Of a stretch of DNA of 64,000 nucleotides, positions 1 through 11,000 are shown one piece after another (position 1 is the stretch's first letter; every line of letters begins with the position of its first letter). Where the stretch lies: positions 73,478-137,477 of IMG/VR virus record IMGVR_UViG_3300031555_001519; one strand, 5' to 3'. Origin of the DNA: a virus (lineage: Duplodnaviria > Caudoviricetes). The notes below the pieces were generated by a model, which saw nothing but the letters and a program-made list of their open reading frames with translations, was not told the origin of the DNA and did no database searches. The position numbers and the translations under genes are program-made.

Positions 1-2279
1 ATCTTCAATTCTTCAACTATAGGTTTCATTTCGGAAATCTCAATCTCAGCATTATCTGCTTTATTTAAAGCTTCAACCGCATGAGCAGAAGTCTTAGAAG
101 TGCCATATTCTGTTGTGATTATAGGTTTAATTTCACTGTCTGTAGAAATATAGGTTATAGTATCAAAAGATTTAAGGCTATTAAGTGCTATCTGGTCTGC
201 AATGGGTAGGGCTTCAAATGTTGGTTTGCATGGATAACAAAATGTTGCCGAATCGCAAATAGCTTTTACTTCTTCGGCACTATATTTGTCTACTCTAAGT
301 CTTGGTCTAACTTCGGCATAACCAGTATGTCCATAATAAGAAACTACAGCATCTCCGCTAGTCGTTTCACTGGTTTGAGGTACTACAAGAAGGCTGTCAC
401 ACATCAAATACTTATAGGCATTAACCATTGTTTTACTCAATGCGTTAGAACCATTAGCAAAAGAGCCACTCACAATCCAAAATCCATCATCAGTGTTTTT
501 TGTGGGTACTGGGAATGAATTCTGATTAGCGACAGCCATATTTCTTTCAACTCCCCACACACCGTCTTTCTGCACAATCACATCCTTAAACTCACGTCTT
601 CCATACAACTCAATAGGCTGTGAAAGAGTAGTTACTGATTCGGTGTAGGGTTCGTAAGTAGCATCCTCAACATCAGCTTTGCGAATCATAGGATAATACG
701 TAAAGTTTGAATATGTCACCCCTGATAGTATCCTCAAGAACACAAATGATACTCCATTTTGTGCATTAAATGGTGCTTCTATGTTACCACCGCTTAGACT
801 GCACAAAGCACCATTACCATATCCTGCGTAAACATGCAAATCTTTAGTACCTGTTCCAGTAAGTATAAAACTCCCAATCGCACCCAATATATTGTCTGTG
901 TTTCCCCATTTACCTGTTGTCAAATAACAATCACCATTTGATGTAGCTGTTCCGTTTAAGGTTACACTTCCGTCACTGTTCATTGTGAAAGTTACACCGT
1001 TCACTGTTTTTGTAGTGGCAACGTTTTTCAACAAGTTCTTCCCATGTGTCCTAATCTCACTCACCACAGTTTTCTTGATTTCCTGCGGATATGATGGATT
1101 GGGAGATGCGATACCGCCAGTGTAGGGTTCGTAGGGCAATACGGTTGTGCCTGCGTTAATCATAAGTTTATCTAAAAACTCGTTTGCGATTGGCATTCTT
1201 ACGTAGTGTGCTCCACTAGGCACGGTAATTGTTCCGCTATTAGAAGAAAGAGAAGAAATAAAAGCCTTATTGGAATCATAAAATACACAAAAAGTACCAC
1301 TTGATACAGATTTTCCATTAAACGCAAGCTGTTCGATATTTGAAACGTCAATAAAGTCTGTTGTGAATTGGTCTGCATTTCCATAAGCATTACCCGTTGA
1401 AGTTCCCAATCCCGTCTCTAAACTGCAAGTATCTTTATTAAACAACTGATTTCCTGCTGTAGTAAACTGCTGACTTTCTCCACCTATTGATTCTATTCTA
1501 ATTAACCCATCTTTACTTCCTTCAAGAGTAGTCTCTGTTGTAGTAATAGAAATACCGCTACCAAGCATTAAATCTTTACAATTTTCTGCCATTTCATTTG
1601 CTCTGTCAGTAGCTTCTTCTGCATTTGCAATAGCAGTAGCAGTATCAAGTTGTCTTTTTGATTCTGCTGTTTGTCTTGTAGTTTCATTTGTTTTACGAGT
1701 GTTTTCATTAGCAACTCGAACATTCTCAGCAGAAGCCCTGTTAGATTCAGCTAATACACGAAATTCTTCTGCGACAACTCTACCTGCTTCAGCAGTAGTA
1801 ACACTTTCTTCAAGTTCATTTATTCTTTCAATTGCTTCGTCCGCAGCATTTACATCACTTTCTATCTTTAACAAAGCATCAGTCAAAGCACTAAACTCAT
1901 CAGATGCAATAATTTTATCATCAGGATAAACACTGCCAACAATGATTACGGTTAAAATCATGGTAGATATAGATCTTTGTGTAGATGAATCTAAAAACTG
2001 TATTTCTAATTTACCAGTTCCACTAGCATAAACCATACTTTCAGAAAAGGTAACTAATACCGTGCCATCCTCTTTGATAGTAGCAGTGTCATATATTGCT
2101 CTGTCATCTGGTGTATTCATTTTCACATTACATTGTAGAGTAGAAGAGTTTAATTTATAAAAAGCTCCATTATCAGTACATGTAATAATTAGATTACGAC
2201 TATCTTTATCATATTGTTTAACCGTGACTGTTTTATAATCATTTTGGCAAAAATCTAATGTAATCTTTTGTGTTTGCAT
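1..2279 (-). CDS. BppU-like baseplate upper protein / tail fibre (3' end outside window)
   Basis: Not in the ORF track because it has no stop in the window. ATG at 2279 after RBS AGGTG. Starts MQTQKITLDFCQNDYKTVTVKQYDKDSRNLIITC (BppU N-terminal type), then a coiled-coil stretch and two modules ending YEPYT. Frame stays open to base 1. Confidence 0.8.
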   Translation of the reverse strand, partial: MQTQKITLDFCQNDYKTVTVKQYDKDSRNLIITCTDNGAFYKLNSSTLQCNVKMNTPDDRAIYDTATIKEDGTVLVTFSESMVYASGTGKLEIQFLDSSTQRSISTMILTVIIVGSVYPDDKIIASDEFSALTDALLKIESDVNAADEAIERINELEESVTTAEAGRVVAEEFRVLAESNRASAENVRVANENTRKTNETTRQTAESKRQLDTATAIANAEEATDRANEMAENCKDLMLGSGISITTTETTLEGSKDGLIRIESIGGESQQFTTAGNQLFNKDTCSLETGLGTSTGNAYGNADQFTTDFIDVSNIEQLAFNGKSVSSGTFCVFYDSNKAFISSLSSNSGTITVPSGAHYVRMPIANEFLDKLMINAGTTVLPYEPYTGGIASPNPSYPQEIKKTVVSEIRTHGKNLLKNVATTKTVNGVTFTMNSDGSVTLNGTATSNGDCYLTTGKWGNTDNILGAIGSFILTGTGTKDLHVYAGYGNGALCSLSGGNIEAPFNAQNGVSFVFLRILSGVTYSNFTYYPMIRKADVEDATYEPYTESVTTLSQPIELYGRREFKDVIVQKDGVWGVERNMAVANQNSFPVPTKNTDDGFWIVSGSFANGSNALSKTMVNAYKYLMCDSLLVVPQTSETTSGDAVVSYYGHTGYAEVRPRLRVDKYSAEEVKAICDSATFCYPCKPTFEALPIADQIALNSLKSFDTITYISTDSEIKPIITTEYGTSKTSAHAVEALNKADNAEIEISEMKPIVEELK

Positions 2280-2313
2280 TCTTTTCACCTCATTTAAAAT
2301 AATTTAAAAGAGT

Positions 2314-2514
2314 CTACTCTTCAGTAGACTCTTGTAAACTTTGTAAATATTGTTCTTTTTCTCTAGTTGAAACATTGATGCTTAATTGATTAACTTCAGT
2401 GTAAATATCCTTAAGCATCATCTCTATAATAAAAGGTGGGAGATTACTCTCATTAATCGTTTTTATTAAAGATTGTCTTGTTTCATCAACAACCATTGTA
2501 ATTGGTTTTTCCAT
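2314..2514 (-). CDS. small hypothetical tail-region protein
   Basis: 66-aa ORF with AGGAG RBS, co-oriented in the tail operon. Confidence 0.75.
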   Translation of the reverse strand: MEKPITMVVDETRQSLIKTINESNLPPFIIEMMLKDIYTEVNQLSINVSTREKEQYLQSLQESTEE

Positions 2515-2535
2515 ATCCCTTTTCTCCTTTGTTTT

Positions 2536-2733
2536 TTATTCTGGTATTTTTGTATTTATAAAATTATATAATACATCAATCGCACTCAATGCTTCTGAAT
2601 CCAATACCACAATTTCAGAACGCTTATTCTGTGTAACAATATTGCCACCTTCATCAATAAGAGAATAAGTAAAAGCTATTTGTTGTCCATTAGCAGTTTG
2701 ATGTATTGTCATTGAAGTTATTTTTTTTACCAT
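2536..2733 (-). CDS. small hypothetical tail-region protein
   Basis: 65-aa ORF overlapping the stop of the upstream tail gene. Confidence 0.75.
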   Translation of the reverse strand: MVKKITSMTIHQTANGQQIAFTYSLIDEGGNIVTQNKRSEIVVLDSEALSAIDVLYNFINTKIPE

Positions 2734-5700
2734 TCTATTTCTCCTTCATCTTTTGGCTTTTCGCTTATATTAATTTGTTCCATACGAACAGCAGAGTAAT
2801 TTTTCTGTTTAGAACATATCATCCAATCAAATGATGCACCAGCTTCACCATGTACTGTAAAGCTATCATATTCTTTTGTAACATATACCTGAGCAGAAGA
2901 ACTTGTTATAAAGACTTGATATTCACTATTCATATCAATTGTTTCTGCAAATATAGGGTCAATAAAAATAGTAGTAGAACCTATTTCTGAAATAGTTCCA
3001 CTACCAATATCTGCAAAATATGGTTCTGGTGTTTCAAATGCATTCATTCCGACCTTTCCATAATGTTCTGTATCAACAACTCTATGTTTTGTACCAGAAC
3101 ATCCTATATCACCGAACACATATAAACCGGAACCACCACCAACATATACACCATTATCACCACTACCATATGTTCCAACATAAAAGCTTGCGAATTTAGA
3201 TATGTCTGTTTCTGTATTAGATGGCATCAAATTTATGTCAGTACAATGCATGGTGTTGAAAAACCTCGAAGCACCTCTGAAAAGATGTCTTTCAGTACAA
3301 CCATTCGGATTCACGCCAAAGTTCATATAATAATATATATCTGCTGTATCTTCTTCAGTTTTATGAACTTGACCAAGTCCAACACAATTACCATTTGTTA
3401 TCATAGCAATTCCAGCATTAAGATTATTGACTGTAGGATAAGTACCATCTCCACCTATTATACTCAAATGCCCAACTTCTAACCAACCATTCTCTGTTGT
3501 TTCAGGATTGGTCAGACCCCACGTAGAAAACCATAATCTTGCACTGCGAAGAGATGCAAGATAAGGATAACCATCATTTGCGATACCTTCACAAGAAATA
3601 GTACCATTAATAGTCGCTTCACCTTTCGAATCAACTTTAAATTTATCACTTATATTGATAGAACCACCAATAATCTTCTTACCAGTAATAGTAGTACCAG
3701 TAATATTCTCAGCAGCAACGCTTCCGGCAGTAATTTTTAAAGCATTAAGCTTTTCAACATTAAGTACACCATCAACATCAATCTTATTTGCAGAAATAGT
3801 AATAGTTTCAGCAGTCTGATTAATTTTAGATATTACTTCATCATTACCAACCTTTTTAGATACTTCTAAATTGATTGCTTGAGCAGAAAGTTGAATAGCA
3901 CTGTTCATCTGAGTGGTAGTGGAATAACTTTTCAGCTTTTCAGTAGTATCTGCTTTTGCATTTGACTCTGCTTGATTTGCTTTAGTTGTTGCATCATTAG
4001 CACTTGTTTTAAGCACATCATCTTTAGTGGTTTCTAACTCTTGTTTAGTACTATATGTCTTACTAACTGAAAGATTTATTTCATCTGCTTTAGCTGTAAT
4101 AGCACTATTCATTTGGGTAGTAGTAGAATAACTCTTAAGTTTTTCATCTGTATTAGCTTTTGCATTTGATTCAGCAGTGTCAACATAATTCTTATTAGCA
4201 TAATTGGCATCGTTTTCAAATGCAGATATCTTGGTAGGAGCATTTGTAATATCTTGCCATGTCATACTAACACCACTAAATACAAGATCTGAACCATCAT
4301 AAGTTATTTTCCCACCAGCAAACGAAAACGTACCATCATTTAAGTTGATATGTGTTCCAGAAGTGGGAGAGTAGTTCTCTGAATAGATCTCTCCTCCAAT
4401 TATTTGACCACCATGTATGTAGGGGGAATTTAAAAACTTTGCAGATAAACCATAACCGGTATCTTTTATGAGAACCCCATCAACATACTTATAATAGCTA
4501 TGTTTTCCTAATCCTAAAGTTACTGATTTCCAATTATCATCAGTAAATGCTAAAATGTTATGCGTAATTCTTAGTTGCTCAGAACTAAAATCATCTGCTA
4601 TATCATCGTAACTTCTAGACAAGATACCATTATTGTCAAATGTAATATCACCTCTAACATTGTTTTTTATATTAATAAGAGCTGAATTTAATCCATCTGA
4701 TTCAAAATTTTTCAATGTGTTTTGAGCAGAGCTTCCGTGAGAAGCTTGTTTGGACACATATTGATAAGTTGTAGCCATTGACTGAGCAGAATCTAAGATA
4801 CTCTTAAAATCAACAATTCCAGATGAAACCTTGGTCATATCTGAAAACTCAGTATTAATAGATGAAAGGCTTTTTCCATTAATTTCATAAGATATTAATC
4901 TTAATCTATAAATGCTATCATCAACCTTACATCTAATCCAGTTGCCCAAATAAAATTTATCCTTTATTGGGGCAAATTCTTCCATTGCCAGAAGATTGTA
5001 TAAATTAGATGATATACTATGCTGATGTTCGCCTGATTTAACTATTTCTTGTTTGGCAAGCTCTATAAACTCTAAAGCGTTTACAAAAATTTCTGCATTA
5101 TCTAATCCATCTGAAATGAAATTGTCGTTTTGATATGTATCTTCTCGACGATAAGAACAGAAGAGAGTGTATAATTCTTCACCTAAATACTTTTCAAAAT
5201 TTAGAACACTTTGAATCTCATTTCTTTGTTTAATCAGTTCTGTTTCTCTGTTTTCATATTCTTCAATAGTAATAGCACGAACATACATTTCATCTTGACA
5301 TGCTGTGAGTTTATAATAGTATGGAAGATAGAACTCGTTATAATATTTTGCATCTGTGCCAGATTGGTTTTCTTCAATAAGAATATTAAGAACACCTTGA
5401 ATTGCATCAGCAAAAGATTCTAGTCTATTATAACAATAATAAGTAAGAGCTTCTTTAAATGTATCTAAATTTGTAATAGATAAAACATCATATAAGCTCT
5501 CATCATCACTATCATTACTTGCAATATTCTTTTGAATTTTTTGTACAAGGTAATAATTGTAATCATCAGTAACTTTAATAGTAATTATATCTGAATATGC
5601 AATGTCTTCTTCATCAGAGTAATTTGTAACTTTGAATCTACCAGTCCAGGTACCGTAATTATATCCTTCTGCATCTTTTCCGACATATACAAAATTCCCG

Positions 5701-6917
5701 GTATCTACTTCAACTTTTACAAAACCGGTTTTAACAAATATACTGGCAAGATTCTTCAAAGCGCTATTAACAGTAGCAGTAGAAGTGTATGAGGTAACAG
5801 TGGTAAGACCAATGGGACTCATGTTTTCTTCTGTTAATTTAGCGGCCTCTGTACTTGCGGTCACTTCTGCAATTTCGATGGTAGGCATCATTTCAGAACG
5901 ATAATATATTTCGTTATCTATACAATCGTAGAGTTCTTCAGAAATAAATTGGTATTCTTCCGAATATAACTCTATTAATTCATCGTATGATTCAATTTTT
6001 TCAACAAGTTCTTTTGGCATTCCTAGCTTTTGCTCTTGTGAAAAATAATACCAATAAGCAGAACCATTAGGATTACAAGCTATAACAGCAGCCGTCATGT
6101 TATCGTCTCCAGCTACAAGTCTAAAACAGTTCTTAACACTATCTACATCTGTTTCAAAAGTAATTTCATCAGTAAGATTGTCTGTGCTAACAAGAATAGT
6201 AGTATCTTCTCCATAATATTTTAATTTTGTACTATTGCATTTAGGACATGTATCATTAAATTCCCCTCTATGTCCACAATCTACACATACTGTATAAAGG
6301 TCGTATACAGAGATGCTACGATCAATCGAATCAAACTGAAATAAACAATTAAATTGTTCGGCACAATCACCAACAAGAAAATCATAAATACTTGCATTAT
6401 CTATAGAAAAAGTTCTTTGTATATTTACTAAAGAAGCATCTACATGTTTTATATAATAATGAGGAACCTTTTCAAGAACTCTATGTAATAAAGAACCTTT
6501 TGGATTATCCGGATTATAAAATTTAGTAATAACATAATCTTCTCTTGCAATATCGCTTTCGGAGTTGATTTCTACATCTCTTAATAAAGTCTGTGATAAC
6601 TCTGCCTCACACAAAGATGTTCCGGTAACCTTTTTTATTAAATTGGACGACTCTGATATATTTACATAAATTTCAAAATATTCATCCAATTCTTTAATCC
6701 ATACTAATCTAAAATCAGTAATATCATTCCATAATCGTTCTTTTCTACCATCGGCTTCTTTATAAATAGTAAAAGATATTTCATTAGCAGAATTAAAATT
6801 TGCTTTATACACAAAATCTTCTATATTTATAATCTGTCCTTTATGAAAATGGCTCCTATCAGATAATACAACAGTAAAATCTTCTAAGGTACCGTTATTA
6901 AAATCAATATTTATCAT
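2727..6917 (-). CDS. tail spike / Tal-like minor tail protein with C-terminal chaperone-like domain
   Basis: 1396 aa directly after Dit. C-terminal GTKHRVVDTEHYG...FETPEPYFADIGSG resembles chaperone-type tail C-termini. Internal CxxC...CPKC Zn ribbon and a duplicated AESNAKAxTxEKLKSYSTTTQMNSAI segment. Confidence 0.75.
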   Translation of the reverse strand: MINIDFNNGTLEDFTVVLSDRSHFHKGQIINIEDFVYKANFNSANEISFTIYKEADGRKERLWNDITDFRLVWIKELDEYFEIYVNISESSNLIKKVTGTSLCEAELSQTLLRDVEINSESDIAREDYVITKFYNPDNPKGSLLHRVLEKVPHYYIKHVDASLVNIQRTFSIDNASIYDFLVGDCAEQFNCLFQFDSIDRSISVYDLYTVCVDCGHRGEFNDTCPKCNSTKLKYYGEDTTILVSTDNLTDEITFETDVDSVKNCFRLVAGDDNMTAAVIACNPNGSAYWYYFSQEQKLGMPKELVEKIESYDELIELYSEEYQFISEELYDCIDNEIYYRSEMMPTIEIAEVTASTEAAKLTEENMSPIGLTTVTSYTSTATVNSALKNLASIFVKTGFVKVEVDTGNFVYVGKDAEGYNYGTWTGRFKVTNYSDEEDIAYSDIITIKVTDDYNYYLVQKIQKNIASNDSDDESLYDVLSITNLDTFKEALTYYCYNRLESFADAIQGVLNILIEENQSGTDAKYYNEFYLPYYYKLTACQDEMYVRAITIEEYENRETELIKQRNEIQSVLNFEKYLGEELYTLFCSYRREDTYQNDNFISDGLDNAEIFVNALEFIELAKQEIVKSGEHQHSISSNLYNLLAMEEFAPIKDKFYLGNWIRCKVDDSIYRLRLISYEINGKSLSSINTEFSDMTKVSSGIVDFKSILDSAQSMATTYQYVSKQASHGSSAQNTLKNFESDGLNSALINIKNNVRGDITFDNNGILSRSYDDIADDFSSEQLRITHNILAFTDDNWKSVTLGLGKHSYYKYVDGVLIKDTGYGLSAKFLNSPYIHGGQIIGGEIYSENYSPTSGTHINLNDGTFSFAGGKITYDGSDLVFSGVSMTWQDITNAPTKISAFENDANYANKNYVDTAESNAKANTDEKLKSYSTTTQMNSAITAKADEINLSVSKTYSTKQELETTKDDVLKTSANDATTKANQAESNAKADTTEKLKSYSTTTQMNSAIQLSAQAINLEVSKKVGNDEVISKINQTAETITISANKIDVDGVLNVEKLNALKITAGSVAAENITGTTITGKKIIGGSINISDKFKVDSKGEATINGTISCEGIANDGYPYLASLRSARLWFSTWGLTNPETTENGWLEVGHLSIIGGDGTYPTVNNLNAGIAMITNGNCVGLGQVHKTEEDTADIYYYMNFGVNPNGCTERHLFRGASRFFNTMHCTDINLMPSNTETDISKFASFYVGTYGSGDNGVYVGGGSGLYVFGDIGCSGTKHRVVDTEHYGKVGMNAFETPEPYFADIGSGTISEIGSTTIFIDPIFAETIDMNSEYQVFITSSSAQVYVTKEYDSFTVHGEAGASFDWMICSKQKNYSAVRMEQINISEKPKDEGEIEW

Positions 6918-7729
6918 ACAATAACACCAGCCTTTCTAACGAAAGAGTATGTTATTGCAATTTCGCAAGGAAGAGATACTGTAAAAACATTTTCATTAGT
7001 GTTTTCATTTACAACAAATCTAGGATAGCTATAATTAAAATCATTACTTAATGTTGTTCTGTCTAAGCTGCTTCGAATAATTTTATTATAACAATCTAAG
7101 GTAATAACCTCTCCATTGGTACAATTCTTTATTGTGACTATATTGTTATCAATATTATTTGACATTGAAAAATCGCCACTACTTTTACATGTAATAACGA
7201 ATTTGGTTGGATATAAATAGCCATATTCATCAGAGTTATTAAAAAATGTAAAAGTATTGTTATTATCATCTATTTTAATATCAAGCTCTCTTTCATTTTC
7301 ATAACCGAAAGGAGAATTAGAAGTAAAGTTCAATGTAAAACCAATAACTTTACCTCCGATGTAAATAGCGGTTACATTAAAAGAGCCTTTAAAGTAAATT
7401 TCAGAATAAGAATTGTCGTCATAAATTGGACGAAATTTCTCATAGCTCTTTTTATTGAGCCAACGCATTATGTAGGAAATTTCATTATCATTATAAAAAT
7501 TCATGATACCATCACAAGGGTTTTTACAAATATCAAATGTAATAGTAATAGGTTCCGCATAATCAACCTTTACAATTCTATTAATATAAGTAGAAGAGTT
7601 CTTTAATGTTTCAAATGTTAAATTGCTACCAAGTGAAACACTGTCAGAGTCTGATGTGTTTAAATTAGTAATAATACATCCACAATCCGACAAACGCTTG
7701 CCGGCATATGAAAAATCAACCATATGCAT
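6914..7729 (-). CDS. distal tail protein (Dit)
   Basis: 271 aa between TMP and the large tail protein. DFSYAGKRLSD start and LNFTSNSPFGY motif are typical of siphophage Dit. Confidence 0.75.
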   Translation of the reverse strand: MHMVDFSYAGKRLSDCGCIITNLNTSDSDSVSLGSNLTFETLKNSSTYINRIVKVDYAEPITITFDICKNPCDGIMNFYNDNEISYIMRWLNKKSYEKFRPIYDDNSYSEIYFKGSFNVTAIYIGGKVIGFTLNFTSNSPFGYENERELDIKIDDNNNTFTFFNNSDEYGYLYPTKFVITCKSSGDFSMSNNIDNNIVTIKNCTNGEVITLDCYNKIIRSSLDRTTLSNDFNYSYPRFVVNENTNENVFTVSLPCEIAITYSFVRKAGVIV

Positions 7730-7747
7730 ATGAATTCTTCTCCTTTC

Positions 7748-8035
7748 TTAAGTATTCTTTCTTACCGTTTTGAGTAAGTTTTCCATTTCTTTTTTATATT
7801 TCTTTTTTTGTTCAACCATAACCTGAGTCGCTTGAAGATATTTTTCTCTGGCCTCGTTTAAAGAAGTAAGACATTTTAAATGTTCTTCATGATATATTTT
7901 TGCAGACTCGATTATTTGCTTATTATCATCCACTATTTTCTCCAGTTCTTTAATTCGTTCCGAGAGAGAGGAGTTTTCTTGCTGGAGATCGTGAATGATT
8001 TTTCTTTGGATTTCAATTTTTTTATCTTTATTCAT
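7748..8035 (-). CDS. hypothetical coiled-coil protein
   Basis: GGAGAG RBS before MNKDKK; heptad-rich sequence. Confidence 0.65.
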   Translation of the reverse strand: MNKDKKIEIQRKIIHDLQQENSSLSERIKELEKIVDDNKQIIESAKIYHEEHLKCLTSLNEAREKYLQATQVMVEQKKKYKKEMENLLKTVRKNT

Positions 8036-8088
8036 GTACATCTCTCCAATTAAATAGAGTTGCAGCTTTGACACTGCAACTCCATAAT

Positions 8089-11000
8089 TTAATATTTATT
8101 TCTTAATAAGCTATTTTTACCAATAGACTCATCAATAGTAACTGCCTGAATAAGTTTTCTGCATTGTGAATCTGATTTAATTGCTGTTTTAAGAGCATTT
8201 ACAAAACCAGGCACATCAGAAACATTATCCATATTAATGGTCATGCTGATATTGTTATTTACATTAGCATTTGCATTTGAAGATAAAGCAGGTGTATTAC
8301 TAATACCACTAAATAATTGTTCATTCAGTGGAATAGTAGTATTTCTTAATATATTAGCAGTATCTTCCGCATTAAGTACAGTTTCTCCACCTTGGAATGG
8401 ATAAAGCTGTGCTCCGGATGCAAGTAGAATCGAGCCATCTTTAGCAATCATGATTTCAGAGCCATTTTCACCAAAGATACCCAAACCACGTTTAGCATTC
8501 TTTGTACCAGAAGCATAATAATGTAGATAACTAGGTGTAGTAATCTGTCTAGTTAATTGAGCACCGTATCCCATTCTAACACTATTCGCAATATTACTAG
8601 CATCGGGGCTATTTTCTTTCCCCTTTAATGCTTTTTTGATTTCATCTTGGACACGTCTTTCAACTTCTGCATTAGCAGCATTTCTTGCTTGTGTTTCTGA
8701 TGTATAACCGCTACCAATAGTATCATTACCAATTTTAGCCTTATATCTCGTTACTGGCTTTTTAGGCTCAGGTTCAGGAGCTGGAGTTGGATCGGGTTGA
8801 GGTGTAGGTTGAGTATTATTAGATGGAACGTTGTTAGTAGTAGGTGCAGGAACAGTATTTGTAGGTTGGTTATTAACTACATTAGTTTGTTCTTTTGCAA
8901 TACTATTGGCATTGTTTGTTGCGGTTTTATTAATCGCAGCGATTACATTGGCCATTTCATCTTTAATACTCATCAATGTATTATTAACAGTGGTTGTACC
9001 ATTCACAATAGAATCTGATATATTGCCATTGTCAATATCAGTCAAAGTACTATTGAGTAATGTCATACCATCAGACATTGTGGTACTAACAATTTTTCCG
9101 TTCTCATCAATGTAAGCACCAATGCTCAATCCTACTTGGTTAATGTTATCGTTGATAACTCGTCCATTTTCATCCAGATGATAACCAAATTTAGAATCAA
9201 TATTACTGATACTATCGCTTATGATACGCCCATTATTGTCAACATAAGTTCCTATAAGTTGACCAGTTTCATCTACATGTAAACTAATAACACGACCATT
9301 CTCATCAATATAAGAACCTACAAGATTACCGTTCTCATCAATCTTTAAATTGGTTTGATTAGCTATATAACCAAGTTCTGCTGTAGCAGCATTGATATCT
9401 CCATCAACGGTTTGTAAAATACCATACAGAACATCACCATAAACACCGACAATATTCTTAACACCATTGAAACCTGAATCATTACGACTCCAAATTGCTT
9501 CCATCTTAGAAGATAATTCATAACCAAAAGCACTAGATGCTTCGTATATAGTATCACTGATAATTCCAGCATTGTTATTAGTAGCAACAACTGCTTCAGC
9601 AATTAATCCGTCTATATTATCAAGTCTAGTATTAATCCATTCTTCAGTCTGGTTATATAAATTATCAAGCATTAATTCTTGGTCACTTAACCACTTATCG
9701 TATTCAGTTTCCTGAAGGTCTTTTTCTGCCTCAGATAAACTTAACTGTAACTTCTGAATAGTGGACTTAGCTTCCTCAGAATTGTCTCCGGCATATGCTT
9801 GAAGTTGCTTTTGATAATTCTTAATAGTATCTGTCTTTTCTCTGATTGTGTTCTGATAATTATATAAATCCTTCTCGGCCTGCAATGCTTCTTTACGCTT
9901 ATCAATAAGTTCTTGTAAAGAATTAAGCATCTTATCATAACCATCAGAAATCAAATCTAAAATAGCTTCCTTCTCTGACATGGCGTTAGAAATAACGTCT
10001 TGCTGTAAATCAAGCAATTCATTACGTCTATCAATAAGTTCTGTATCATATGGATCTTTTGCCATTTCTTCCTCAATTTTAGAGATTTCTTTGGCATATG
10101 CTGCAGCTTGTTCCATATACACGTTATAATTAACTGCGTGTAAACCTTGTACAGCCAACCCATTGTTTGTGATTTTACCACCTTCAGTATATAAATCGTA
10201 ACCGTTGAGTATATCAATCAAAAATTCAGCTTCATCTGTAATGTCAGTAGTATATTCCTGAATACGATTAAAAGCATCCCAATTAAGTTGTTGTAATGTT
10301 TGATTGAACTCTATCAGTTGAGTGTTGGCATCTTGAATTGCTTTTTCTACATCGTTAATAGAACCAAGCATTTCGTACCAATCTTCAGAATACTTTTCGA
10401 TAGAACCATTCTTAGCGGCCTCATCAAAAGCAGACAGAAGAGAAGAGTATTCATTTTGTAACAGAGATATATTTTCTTGTTGCTTTTCTGACATAGCTCT
10501 ATAATACGCTTCACTTGCCATATATCCAGCAGCTTCAGACTGAGATACGAATCCTTCAAGCATAGATATGTTATGCGCAATAAGAGAAATCTGGCTATCA
10601 TATTGCCCTGAAATGTTATTGAATTTCGTCATTGCAAGTTCTGCCAAATTTGCACGTAAATCTTCAATGGCATCAGAACAATCAAGCGCTTTATTATACC
10701 ATTCTTCATATTCTTGAATTTGCTCTTTTAACTTCTCGTCAGTAATTTCACTTATGTTATAAGCACCACTACGAACAAGTTCCTTATAACCTTCTGCTAA
10801 AGGAATACTATTAGCCTTTGCCATATATGCATTATAAGCAGTCATTTGAGCAGAAATCTCTTTATTTACTTCGCCCATTTCCTGTGCAAGAGCATTATTA
10901 CGTGTAGACCAATTACGATAAGTAGCAGATACTACTTTACCAAGATTGGTAATGTTACGTTGGATGCGAGAGATGAGCGTTTCAATCCAGTCGAAAGTCT

